The notes under the pieces: model-generated
The model's input: only the letters and a program-made list of their open reading frames with translations
The model's database searches: none
What the model was told of the DNA's origin: nothing
Shown: positions 8,459-17,490 of the stretch, piece by piece
Layout of the letters: the number at the start of each line of letters is the position of its first letter
Position numbering within the stretch: position 1 is the stretch's first letter
From: Treponema sp.
Lineage (GTDB): Bacteria; Spirochaetota; Spirochaetia; Treponematales; Treponemataceae
Assembly: GCA_016294105.1 (NCBI GenBank)
Contig: JAEDCN010000009.1
Location: 4,867-68,866, forward strand
DNA length: 64,000 nucleotides
Direction: 5' to 3'
Program-made: the position numbers and the translations under genes

Positions 8459-8485
8459 GGATACTATCTCCTTTCCGTAAGTCGC

Positions 8486-9079
8486 TTATAAAATTCTATA
8501 CATTTGCATTAATTCGTAATTATTTTTAGAAATAATACTCGTATTAAGTGAACGAAAACCATTGTTTTCATAAAATCTTATTAAAGAGGTATTTTTCTCG
8601 CATTCTAAAAACACAGTTTTTCCACTTGTCATGTTAAATACGTCTTGAACCTGTTCCAGAGCAATATCCATCAAGCTACTACCTTGTATTGCTCTCGAAT
8701 TGGGAGAAAAATTCTTACCAAGTTGTGCAATTAAAATTGCAGGAATGAGATATGAAGAAAATTCTTCATCAAAATACCCAAATCGACTAATAGATTTTTT
8801 CTCAGATTGAGACAAAATATCAGCTTTTATGGTGAGCATTTTAATTGCCAAGGTAAAATATCCCAAAATATCAAAAGAGTCTTCTAAAGAAACAATGAGA
8901 TGGGTAGATGAGGTTTTTAATTTTGTAGATTGAACAGCCTTGTTTTTCAAGAAAAATTCAACATCTTTGTTTTTTGAAGAAAAAGAATCCGAGATGGAAG
9001 CAAAGAAATCTTCACCTCCATCCACAGACAAAAGGTCAATCAATCGTATAATCTGAAAATCATTTCCTCTGATCATCAA
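8486..9079 (-). CDS. GNAT N-acetyltransferase with TacT/AtaT-like (toxin-type) architecture
   Basis: 197 aa, with a TTG start at 9079 or ATG at 9076. The layout FFLKNKAVQS...ILGYFTLAIKML...IPAILIAQLGKN...IRFYENNGF resembles GNAT toxins of type II TA pairs. It lies in an AT-rich islet. Confidence 0.6.
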   Translation of the reverse strand: MMIRGNDFQIIRLIDLLSVDGGEDFFASISDSFSSKNKDVEFFLKNKAVQSTKLKTSSTHLIVSLEDSFDILGYFTLAIKMLTIKADILSQSEKKSISRFGYFDEEFSSYLIPAILIAQLGKNFSPNSRAIQGSSLMDIALEQVQDVFNMTSGKTVFLECEKNTSLIRFYENNGFRSLNTSIISKNNYELMQMYRIL

Positions 9080-9230
9080 CTATCGCTTGTAGCATGTTTT
9101 TTGATAAAATCATTACATTTGTTTTATTTAAAGGATGCTTTTTATCTTCATTTGAAAGAAGCTGTATAAAATTCTGAGCTTCTTTTTTTTCTTTTATTAT
9201 GAATGACTTAGAAATACTTGAAGTTGCCAT
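9060..9230 (-). CDS. Unannotated 56-aa ORF, candidate antitoxin/partner of the GNAT gene
   Basis: I translated it by hand (it is below the track's size cutoff): MATSSISKSFIIKEKKEAQNFIQLLSNEDKKHPLNKTNVMILSKNMLQAIVDDQRK. AAGGAGG lies 7 nt upstream of the ATG at 9230. Its stop at 9060-9062 overlaps the GNAT start region. Confidence 0.5.
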   Translation of the reverse strand: MATSSISKSFIIKEKKEAQNFIQLLSNEDKKHPLNKTNVMILSKNMLQAIVDDQRK

Positions 9231-9256
9231 ACAATACCTCCTTCGTCTACGCCTTC

Positions 9257-9292
9257 AATATATCAATTAAATTTGCAAAAGTCAATTTAATT
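9257..9292 (-). promoter_or_regulatory. Sigma70-like promoter overlapped by a 9-bp perfect inverted repeat (candidate operator)
   Basis: On the minus strand: TTGACT (9285-9280), a 17-nt spacer, and TATATT (9262-9257). The inverted repeat AATTAAATT (9265-9273) / AATTTAATT (9284-9292) spans the spacer and the -35 box. Confidence 0.6.
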
Positions 9293-9322
9293 AATCACTA
9301 TTAAAACCTGTATCTCAAGCAA

Positions 9323-10693
9323 CTACAGTCCAGCCAGTTTTTGCTCCGCATCCTTGTGGCCCAAGGCAGCAGCCTTTTCGTAGAGCCTGCGAGCTTTCTT
9401 GGGATCACTTTCTCCGCCGTAGCCTTCCAGATACCAGTCTGCCAGCTGCACCATGGCCTCCACATAGCCTGCAGTGGCTGCACTTTTCATCTTTTTCAGT
9501 GCCATCTGGCTGTCGGCCTTGTTGTAGTGATACAGGGCTAGCTCAAACTTGGCTTTGGCATTCCTGCCTCGCTCCGCCTTGGTAAAGTACTTGTACATCA
9601 GCTGTTCTGGATGTTCCTTCGAGTCAACCACTGCAGCAGGATGATGCTTGATATGGCAACCATGGAGGTAATCCTGTAGGGCCTGAATTTCCTTCAAGTC
9701 AGCAGGAGAAAAATTCACAATGGCAGCCAAAGCAATGTCGTCACCGCTTCCGTTCTTTGAAAGCTTAGGCAAGTAACGGCAAATTTCTTCCTTTACCAAA
9801 GCATCCTTACACTGCAAATCACATTGATTCTGATTCTTGCAGCTAAGCTCCTGGCATTGGGGGAATTCCGACTGCACAAAGAGATTGAACAAGGAACGAT
9901 AAAATCCTGTCACCTGCTCTTCTGTTTTGAAGGAATTGGCCACCCCGTCGGAGGTACACAGCACCACCTTGGGAATCTGGGTGCCAGCCACAGAGCGAAA
10001 TTCCTTGGTGGCAGTAGCATCGCACAGGGAAGTGGTCTGGTTCAAAAAACAGCCCTCATCCTTGGGCATGGGAAGCACAAATTCCTGACCGTCAAGAGAA
10101 AGGGCAAAATCCCCATCTCCAATCTGGATGGCAAACCAAAAATCCTTGGTGGCAAAGTAACTTACCAAGGTACAACCGTAAATGGAGTAAAGATCCTGCC
10201 CCTGACGATACAAAGCTGCAACAGAAGGCTTTTCTCCTTCCAGATAATCGAGCTCTTCCTTTGTGATGGGATGCTCCGCCAAGTCTTGGTCAATGAGCTT
10301 GTGCCAGTCCTTTACAATGGCCAAGGCCAGCTGGGAACGAATGGTGTCAAAATCACCTACCACCACCAATTCCTGGATTCTATCCATACGACGAGAAACA
10401 ATGTCCTGTACCACCTGCAGGGCGAATTCAGCTCCCTTGTGACTGCGAAAATAGGGGGTACCACCGTGGCCGTCGCTGATTCCCATAAAGCTAAAGGCAG
10501 TACCGTCAGCGGCTATCAAGGAACCGTTGACGGTGGCCCTATCCTGACAGGGAAATCGTCTTCCTGCCAGCAAATGCTCCCGCTGCAGCTCCCGCTTGCG
10601 GTGACTTTCTCCCTGCACCGCCACCGCAAATTCCATCTGCGGAAATCCAGTTTCCATGGAATTACCAGCCTTCGTCAACGCTGTCTTCTGCAT
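9323..10693 (-). CDS. PP2C-type Ser/Thr phosphatase fused to C-terminal Sel1 repeats (TerY-P phosphatase component)
   Basis: PP2C signature GISDGHGG. The C-terminal Sel1-like repeats read AGYVEAMVQLADWYLEGYGGESDPKKARRLYEKAAALGH. The start is ambiguous: ATG at 10693 overlaps the vWA gene, while ATG at 10657 lies just after its stop. Confidence 0.85.
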   Translation of the reverse strand: MQKTALTKAGNSMETGFPQMEFAVAVQGESHRKRELQREHLLAGRRFPCQDRATVNGSLIAADGTAFSFMGISDGHGGTPYFRSHKGAEFALQVVQDIVSRRMDRIQELVVVGDFDTIRSQLALAIVKDWHKLIDQDLAEHPITKEELDYLEGEKPSVAALYRQGQDLYSIYGCTLVSYFATKDFWFAIQIGDGDFALSLDGQEFVLPMPKDEGCFLNQTTSLCDATATKEFRSVAGTQIPKVVLCTSDGVANSFKTEEQVTGFYRSLFNLFVQSEFPQCQELSCKNQNQCDLQCKDALVKEEICRYLPKLSKNGSGDDIALAAIVNFSPADLKEIQALQDYLHGCHIKHHPAAVVDSKEHPEQLMYKYFTKAERGRNAKAKFELALYHYNKADSQMALKKMKSAATAGYVEAMVQLADWYLEGYGGESDPKKARRLYEKAAALGHKDAEQKLAGL

Positions 10694-11375
10694 CCAGCTC
10701 TGCCATCTTTTCCTGAATGGCAGCGGCTACTTCCTCCTGCCGTGTCTGGGCTGCATCGGCACCAGTGCGCTTGCTTCCAATTTTTGAGGAGGTAACAGAC
10801 ACAAAGCGAATCAATTTTTTCAGCATACTCTTGTCCGCAAGGTAGATGGCAGTTTCCGTGCTACCAGTAAATTCCTTTAGCACACTTAAATCAGCCCCCT
10901 CCACTCCCAGAGCAATTTTGATGGCGGAATTGAACCACTTGTTTTCCCGTAGCTTTTGGATGCCAGCCTTAAAGTTGTCCGTAGGCTCTCCGTCACTGAT
11001 AAGGATGATAACTGGAGCGTAATTTCCTACTGCATCCTCCAAAAAGGCGGAACGATTCAGCTTGGACTCCAGCTCAAGACAGGCTTCACCTAAATCGGTA
11101 ACCCCATCTGCTGCTAGATTGCTCCACTTGTACTTGTCCAAATCCTCTGGCACGGGAGTAAGCCACTCGCAGCCAGAGGCAAAGCTCATTACCGCAATCT
11201 TTATCTTGGCATCTGCATTGGTGTCCGAGATTTCCTTGAGGTCTGGCAACACTTCCCGCATGGCGTCATTCACCTGGCCAATATTGGAGCCGCTCATGCT
11301 TCCTGATGTGTCAATCAGAAAAAAGAGTGCCATTGTTTTACGGGGAATTTCCACAGCTTCATCTAACAATCCCAT
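10662..11375 (-). CDS. TerY-like von Willebrand factor A (vWA) protein
   Basis: 237 aa with the MIDAS motif DTSGSMSG. The RBS GGAGGA lies upstream. Confidence 0.88.
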   Translation of the reverse strand: MGLLDEAVEIPRKTMALFFLIDTSGSMSGSNIGQVNDAMREVLPDLKEISDTNADAKIKIAVMSFASGCEWLTPVPEDLDKYKWSNLAADGVTDLGEACLELESKLNRSAFLEDAVGNYAPVIILISDGEPTDNFKAGIQKLRENKWFNSAIKIALGVEGADLSVLKEFTGSTETAIYLADKSMLKKLIRFVSVTSSKIGSKRTGADAAQTRQEEVAAAIQEKMAELDAEDSVDEGW

Positions 11376-11390
11376 AGCCTATCCTCCAAA

Positions 11391-12704
11391 TTATTTTATC
11401 GTCCCCTCGCTCAAGGTGCCGAACTTAATGCTATTATTTCTGATAACAGGAATTACCTCTCCTGTCATACGAACTTCCTCCTTGCCACCGGGACTGCGCC
11501 GATACCAGGGCAGATTGGAAAGGTTCTTCAAGCCCCAAATCCGAGAATTCTTCTGGTTCTGCACCACAAGGCCAATTTCTTCCCGAATATTTTCCACGGT
11601 AAAATCACTGGTGGCATCAATGTCATATCGATAAATGCTTAAACCAGGCTGCAGGGGAATCCGCTGACTGCCAATCACAAGGAAGGCTGGTTGCTCAGCA
11701 GGCTTATTGCAGTTCATGCACACAGTCTGCTCCCCCTCCTTGGGATAAAAGGTGAGGTTGCCACAGTTGGCACAAAAGAACAAATCACGCCGCAGCCGTA
11801 CCAGAGCCTTGAGCCATTCTCGCTCAATGATTCTATCCTCACGATTGGCTCCATCACTTCGCATCAGCTCCTTGTGAAAGGCCCGCTGAAAAAGCTCGTG
11901 AATATAAGATGGAAACACGGGCCAAAACTTTAGGGCGTTCACGTGAATTCCTTCCTTGGGCCTGTTGGAGTCATCCTCTGGGTCAAAGATAAACACAGGA
12001 TTCTTGCAATACAGATTCAGCTCGTTCTCGTCAGGGTCGTCCCCGTCCTGATCCCGTATCCCAGCCAAGGGATGATTGCGGAACAAAAGCAAGAACAGAA
12101 TTACCGCCAGAGAAAAGCGGTCACTGAAGGTGTCGGGCTTGTGCTGACTCAGTACCACTTCCGGTGCCACATAGCGAGGCTTTCCCTGAATGCCAAGGTT
12201 TTCTCCGTCGTGGGCAACATTGTCGTTGTCTCCAATCAACACATCTCCCGACTCTGGATTGATGAAAAAATTGCCGTCGTTCAAATCCTGATAGCTTAAT
12301 CCCTTGTTGTGCAGGGTTTTGAAGCTGGCAGTAATTTGTAATGCCGCATTGATAACCGCAGCAAAGCTGGAAAATTTCACTCGGTTTAAGATAAAAAGGG
12401 AAAAATCCTTGTAGCAGTCGGGCTTTAGTTGCATCACATAGCCAAATCCCCCCTTCTCGTCCTTTTCTGTTACCGCCAAGGGCCACAAAAAGGTAGGGGC
12501 TGGGGAGCCACGAGCCACATTTTCTTTTAAGTTGTCGTAAAAACGCTGGGATTCAATCTTTTTGTACCACTTGAGGGCGTAGTATTCCTTCCTGAACCGA
12601 ATCCGGTAGATGATGCCCTGGCCACCCTCTCCCAGTATGTCCACCACCTGAAGGCTTTCTCCCTCCAAGGTTTTTAGGGTGGCACCCCGTTTTAGGCTGG
12701 GCAT
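11391..12704 (-). CDS. Ser/Thr protein kinase with an internal zinc ribbon and an FHA-like C-terminal region (TerY-P kinase)
   Basis: Kinase motifs: GEGGQGIIY, YALKW, YQDLNDGN and GKPRYVAPE. The zinc ribbon reads CANCGN...CMNC. I prefer the start ATG at 12704 (MPSLKRG), which is preceded by GGAGGTGG and forms TAATG with the upstream stop. The track start at 12734 is an extension. Confidence 0.88.
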   Translation of the reverse strand: MPSLKRGATLKTLEGESLQVVDILGEGGQGIIYRIRFRKEYYALKWYKKIESQRFYDNLKENVARGSPAPTFLWPLAVTEKDEKGGFGYVMQLKPDCYKDFSLFILNRVKFSSFAAVINAALQITASFKTLHNKGLSYQDLNDGNFFINPESGDVLIGDNDNVAHDGENLGIQGKPRYVAPEVVLSQHKPDTFSDRFSLAVILFLLLFRNHPLAGIRDQDGDDPDENELNLYCKNPVFIFDPEDDSNRPKEGIHVNALKFWPVFPSYIHELFQRAFHKELMRSDGANREDRIIEREWLKALVRLRRDLFFCANCGNLTFYPKEGEQTVCMNCNKPAEQPAFLVIGSQRIPLQPGLSIYRYDIDATSDFTVENIREEIGLVVQNQKNSRIWGLKNLSNLPWYRRSPGGKEEVRMTGEVIPVIRNNSIKFGTLSEGTIK

Positions 12705-13057
12705 TAGTAACCACCTCCAGAAACTCGTTCCCACTGGCCAAAGACCACCTCGCTCTCGCTACCGCACCAGGGGCAACGCACTTGAGATTCGTCCTTGTAG
12801 CAGTAGATTTTCTGACAGTTGCCACACTGGGCGAGCTCATGGGAGGAGCAGAAGGGACAACCGGGATATTCCTGGTCATCTACAAAATTTTCTATTTCTA
12901 TCTGGGAGGAAAAATGCTCCCGCTGGGCTACTTCTTCCTTGAGGGAAAAACTCCAGGTTTTGACCCAGGTGTTTCCTCGCTTTTCTATGCGGATACCATA
13001 AAGACGCTCAGCACTGTAGGGACAGCGGGGAGTGATTACGGCGGCAGTCTTTTTCAT
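12704..13057 (-). CDS. TerY-C metal-binding (Cys-rich zinc-ribbon) domain protein
   Basis: 117 aa with the cysteine pattern CPFC...CGNC...C...CPWCG. It is the first gene of the kinase/vWA/PP2C operon. Confidence 0.75.
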   Translation of the reverse strand: MKKTAAVITPRCPYSAERLYGIRIEKRGNTWVKTWSFSLKEEVAQREHFSSQIEIENFVDDQEYPGCPFCSSHELAQCGNCQKIYCYKDESQVRCPWCGSESEVVFGQWERVSGGGY

Positions 13058-13553
13058 CTTGTCCTCCGATTCTGCTGAATTATAACGCTTGCATGATACA
13101 GCTACTTTAATTGCACTATATCTAACTATGATACCAGAAAATCAGCAATTTGAAAAGGAAAAATAGGGAGCCACCAGCCAATAGGCTGGGAAAATCCCGA
13201 TATATTGAGCGATTTTAGCGAGTCTTACTGCGCGCTTACACACCTTGCCCCTGTAAAAGTGTATGTGCAGGGAACTCTCCAGTTTCCCAGAATAATTTGC
13301 TTGGGGCTCCCCTGCTCCCCAGATTTTGCGTAGCAAAATCGAATCTGGCTTTCAGCCAGTTCTGTAAGGAAGTGATTGGAATAGCGGCTCACGCCGCCTG
13401 CGAATCAGTGTGGCAATCTCCCCATAGCATGCTCCTCAAGGCCAGCCATGGAAAACTTTCAAAAAAAATCCAATTTTTTCTGGAAAAACGCATTTTTTTG
13501 CGAATCCAAAGCGAATAATTATTATGTAAACAATTTTTTGGAGGCAGAACAGA

Positions 13554-13757
13554 TTGTTAACGGAAGCAGAATTGCTGAAAAAGTGGGAAAGCTTAACCTT
13601 TACGGACAACTTTATTTTTTCTCGTGTGATGCACGACGAGCATATATGTCGTCAAGTAGTGGAGCTGATTCTTGGAGTACGGATTGGAGAAAAATTTTCT
13701 CCAGGGTTCTTAGGGGCGGGAGCCCCTAAGCGGTGCTGGGAAAGAATGGGGTTTTAG
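13554..13757 (+). pseudogene. N-terminal fragment of an Rpn-family (YhgA-like, PD-(D/E)XK) recombination-promoting nuclease/putative transposase
   Basis: The first ~45 aa (LTEAELLKKWESLTFTDNFIFSRVMHDEHICRQVVELILGVRI) match the characteristic Rpn-family N-terminus as I remember it. The ORF then degenerates and stops after 67 aa, whereas full-length proteins are about 300 aa. Confidence 0.45.
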
Positions 13758-13831
13758 GAGGACAAGGGACAAGACATCCTAGCCCCCTTGCCCCCGCTGA
13801 CCAGTAGAGGGTTGTCCTCCCCCGAATTTAA

Positions 13832-15016
13832 CTACTCATCCTTATACACCCGTGGCACCCGCTGGGCTATTCCACAGGTAATTTCATAAGAAATAGTTCC
13901 TGCCTTGCTGGCAATATCTTGGGCAGATTGCAAGGCCCCGTGCTCTGCAGGGCCAAAGATAATCACCTCATCCCAGCGAGACACCTTACTGTCCACTCCA
14001 AGATAAATCATGCACTGATCCATGCAAATACGGCCACACACAGGATAAGGCTTTCCGTTAATGGTTACCTCAAGGTTCTCTCCATAGCGACGGAGCAGGC
14101 CATCTCCATAGCCAGCAGGAATCACTCCCACCTGGCAATCTTCTTGAGCCACCCACTGGCGACCGTATGAAATACTTTCTCCCTTTTTCACCTGCTTTAT
14201 AGCCACAATACTGCTTCTCACATCCATCAAGGGCTTCAAGTGTACCGGAGCTTTTACCTTGGAGCTTCCTCCGTTCAAGTAGCTTTCCGTAATGTCCCCG
14301 GGATAGTAGCCATAAATCACCAGTCCAGGACGCACCATGTCAAAGTGGGATTCTGGATATTCAAAGACGGCAGAGGAATTGGCGGCATGGCATAATCCTG
14401 GCTCAATTCCCAGCTGACGAATCGTGTCCACCACCTGCGTAAAGGTTTCAATCTGCTTTTTTGTGTAGGCCACATCTGCTGGCAAAAGGGAATCAGAAAC
14501 GGCAAAGTGGGTAAAAACACCGTCAAGGCTCACGCCTTGGGAATTGGCAATGAGCTGGGCCAAGTCTGCAGCCTCATCAGGAGAACAACCAATGCGCCCC
14601 ATGCCCGTATCCACCTTCAAGTGAACTGGAATTTTTCGTCCCATGGCAGTAGCCGTTACGTTTAACATTCGTATCAACTCAGAATCACACAGGGAAGGCG
14701 CCAGATGATTTTCAATAATTTCAATAAACTCCGAAGGCTGAGGCAAGCTCAAAACTAAAATCGGAATGGTAATTCCCGCCTTCCGTAGCTCCACTCCCTC
14801 AGAAACTGCTGCCACCGCCAAATAGTCGGCACCACATTCCACCGCCATGTGGGCCACAGGAACTGCACCATGGCCATAGGCATCGGCCTTTACTGGAATA
14901 CAGAGCTTTACCCCAGGGTTCAACTGGTTTCTCACCTGTTCTATATTGTTACGTAAATTTCCCATGTAGATATTGGCAAATGTTGCTCTCATAATGTAAC
15001 TATCATACTGATTCAC
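13832..15016 (-). CDS. alr: Alanine racemase
   Basis: 394 aa with the PLP-lysine motif VKADAYGHG and the C-terminal pattern MDQCMI...ISYEI. Confidence 0.92.
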   Translation of the reverse strand: MNQYDSYIMRATFANIYMGNLRNNIEQVRNQLNPGVKLCIPVKADAYGHGAVPVAHMAVECGADYLAVAAVSEGVELRKAGITIPILVLSLPQPSEFIEIIENHLAPSLCDSELIRMLNVTATAMGRKIPVHLKVDTGMGRIGCSPDEAADLAQLIANSQGVSLDGVFTHFAVSDSLLPADVAYTKKQIETFTQVVDTIRQLGIEPGLCHAANSSAVFEYPESHFDMVRPGLVIYGYYPGDITESYLNGGSSKVKAPVHLKPLMDVRSSIVAIKQVKKGESISYGRQWVAQEDCQVGVIPAGYGDGLLRRYGENLEVTINGKPYPVCGRICMDQCMIYLGVDSKVSRWDEVIIFGPAEHGALQSAQDIASKAGTISYEITCGIAQRVPRVYKDE

Positions 15017-15095
15017 TATTTTCTTATCAATAAGTATTGTATAAAACTCAACAGGGTATTACAATGATACAAATCTATACATCGGAGATTGAATA

Positions 15096-16070
15096 ATGTT
15101 TAAAATCAGTTTTATCAGCATAGTCTTAGTATTTTGTCTGTTGTTTTCTTCTTGCTTGACCACAAAAGAAAGTGGTGACTCAGCTACACCACAACAGCAG
15201 GAAGAAGTTTCCTTAGACAATATAAGTGAAAATACCTCTACAGCAGCTGAAGAAACAGAGAGCCCTCTTGAACCAGAGCTCCCACCACCTCCTCCACTGC
15301 CAAACTTGAGCCTTCAATCAGGAAAAACACCCGCTGCAATTAGAGTGGGACAAAGCTTTAAGACTAATTTTACCGCCACCGTTGTGGACAAGGATACTAA
15401 CCTAGCAGCAGAAGGAATTACTGTTACAGTCACCTATCCTGCCAACAAGAAAAATGCTACAATTACCTTTGCCACCACAGAATTAACTACTGATGCAACT
15501 GGTACTGTTACCTTCACTCCACCAGACACCAGCTTTACCTGCAACAGCGAAATCACTTTTTCTGTGGAATCTAGAGATGGAAGGGAAAATACTACCATTC
15601 CCTATCAGGTAAAAACAGATCGCTACAACAAGGGAGGCAACATTGCCATCGTGGACTACGGCCTTACTGGCAATCCCATTCGGGACAATAGCCGCTCTGC
15701 CTCAGCCCTGTTGACCGCCCTCATCAGAAACGGTTTTTCTTCCATTGGTAATGTGGATTTTGTAAACGAAGTCCACTCTGGCGACCAAGAAAAAATTTAC
15801 CAAGCTGCCTTCAATCTTATTGGTAACAATTCAAACTTCCTCGTCTATGGAACCGTAAAGTACAACGGAGAAGTTACCCAAAAAGATGGCGTATATTATA
15901 CACCTTTGATTGGAGACCTTACCTGCCTTGAAATGAAAACGGGAAAAGAATTGTTCCACACTGTTATCGAAGTTGTGGGAACAGGAAGCTCCGAATGGGC
16001 TGCACTGCAAAATGCCCGCATGGATCTTTTTGGGCCCCAAGCTGCCGAAGCAATCATCCATGGAATGTAA
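15096..16070 (+). CDS. Lipoprotein of unknown function
   Basis: Signal peptide with lipobox LLFSSC, followed by an acidic/proline-rich linker. Confidence 0.6.
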   Translation: MFKISFISIVLVFCLLFSSCLTTKESGDSATPQQQEEVSLDNISENTSTAAEETESPLEPELPPPPPLPNLSLQSGKTPAAIRVGQSFKTNFTATVVDKDTNLAAEGITVTVTYPANKKNATITFATTELTTDATGTVTFTPPDTSFTCNSEITFSVESRDGRENTTIPYQVKTDRYNKGGNIAIVDYGLTGNPIRDNSRSASALLTALIRNGFSSIGNVDFVNEVHSGDQEKIYQAAFNLIGNNSNFLVYGTVKYNGEVTQKDGVYYTPLIGDLTCLEMKTGKELFHTVIEVVGTGSSEWAALQNARMDLFGPQAAEAIIHGM

Positions 16071-17472
16071 GGATTCTCTCGTGAAAAACATCAAGATTCC
16101 CCAGCCCCTCAAAAAGATGAACGAAATCTTTCAGGCCAATGGCTACGAAGCCTATTTGGTGGGCGGGGCTGTTCGTGACATGATTCGTGGTAAGGAAGCA
16201 TCTGACTGGGATGTGGCCACCAACGCCCAACCTGAACAGGTAGTACAGATTTTCCGTAAGGTCATTCCCACAGGCATTGCCCACGGAACTGTCACCGTCT
16301 TGTTTATGGGACATTCCATAGAAGTCACCACCTACCGCACCGAAGCAGACTACAGCGACGGGCGCCACCCAGATTCCGTAAATTTTGCAGGCACCATAGA
16401 AGAAGACCTGTCCCGCAGAGACTTCACCATGAATGCCATTGCAGCGTCACTGGAAGATGGCCATTTAGTGGATCCCTTTGTAGGACAAGAAGATATAAAG
16501 AATAAAACTATTCGTACTGTTGGTAATCCCTACGACAGATTCAACGAGGACGGCCTGCGTCCCATTCGAGCCATCCGTTTTGCCACCCAGCTGGGCTTTT
16601 CCATTACCCCAGAAACCATGGCTGCAATTCCAGCCTCTTTGGAAAAAACAGCCTCAATTTCTGTGGAGCGATTTCGTGAAGAGTTCATCAAAATATTAAA
16701 ATCACCAGAACCCTCTGTGGGCCTTAAGCTCTTAGAAGAAACTGGTATTTTAAAACTCTTTATTCCAGAACTGGTGGCCTGTAAAAATGTAGAGCAAGCA
16801 GATTGCCGTGGCTTCCATCAGTTTGATGTGCTAGACCACCTTTTTTACGCCTGCGACGGAGCTCCAGCCCACAAGGAATTGGTTCGACTTGCTGCCCTCC
16901 TCCACGATATTGGCAAGCCCAAGGCAAAGCGGTCAGGGAGCCTGCCAGACGGACGGCCTACCATCACCTTTTACAACCACGAAAAATACTCAGAGGAAAT
17001 CAGCCAAAATCTCATGACTCGGCTTAAATTTTCCAAGGCAGAAACTGCCACTGTGTGCCATTTGGTAAAAAACCATATGTTCCACTACGAAAGTAACTGG
17101 TCAGATGCCGCTGTTCGTCGCTTTTTGTTCCGTGTAACACCAGAATCCCTAGAAGACTTGTTCGACCTCCGTATGGCAGATGTATACGGAATGACACGAA
17201 GTGCACCAGTCCTCAAAGAAGGCCCTTGGAGCAGCAACTTACTAGAATTGCAAGATAGAATTACTGAGTTGTCTAGCCAGCAGCAGGTTTTAGGTCTTAA
17301 AGATTTAGCTATTAACGGCAAGGACTTAATGGCAGCAGGAATTCCTGCAGGAAAGCAGCTGGGAACCATCTTGAACCAGCTTTTAGACACAGTGCTGGAT
17401 GATCCAAGCCAGAACAATCGGCAGCAACTGTTAACCATAGCCACCAAATTAGCAGAAAAATATTGCAACTAG
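16060..17472 (+). CDS. cca: CCA-adding enzyme / poly(A) polymerase family nucleotidyltransferase with an HD domain
   Basis: Motifs GYEAYLVGGAVRD and RDFTMNA, with the HD region LLHDIGKP. The track start at 15973 lies inside the upstream gene. ATG at 16060 or GTG at 16081 is a plausible start. Confidence 0.85.
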   Translation: MECKDSLVKNIKIPQPLKKMNEIFQANGYEAYLVGGAVRDMIRGKEASDWDVATNAQPEQVVQIFRKVIPTGIAHGTVTVLFMGHSIEVTTYRTEADYSDGRHPDSVNFAGTIEEDLSRRDFTMNAIAASLEDGHLVDPFVGQEDIKNKTIRTVGNPYDRFNEDGLRPIRAIRFATQLGFSITPETMAAIPASLEKTASISVERFREEFIKILKSPEPSVGLKLLEETGILKLFIPELVACKNVEQADCRGFHQFDVLDHLFYACDGAPAHKELVRLAALLHDIGKPKAKRSGSLPDGRPTITFYNHEKYSEEISQNLMTRLKFSKAETATVCHLVKNHMFHYESNWSDAAVRRFLFRVTPESLEDLFDLRMADVYGMTRSAPVLKEGPWSSNLLELQDRITELSSQQQVLGLKDLAINGKDLMAAGIPAGKQLGTILNQLLDTVLDDPSQNNRQQLLTIATKLAEKYCN

Positions 17473-17490
17473 AAAATCACAGGGGGAATT

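Noticed and set aside
9824-10795. A 323-aa plus-strand ORF
   Set aside because: It is antisense to the PP2C-Sel1 phosphatase gene, whose motifs (GISDGHGG and the Sel1 repeats) identify the true strand.
13142-13518. Short ORFs (64 and 73 aa) in the spacer after the TerY-C gene
   Set aside because: They have no RBS and no recognisable motifs, and they lie in what looks like decayed sequence.
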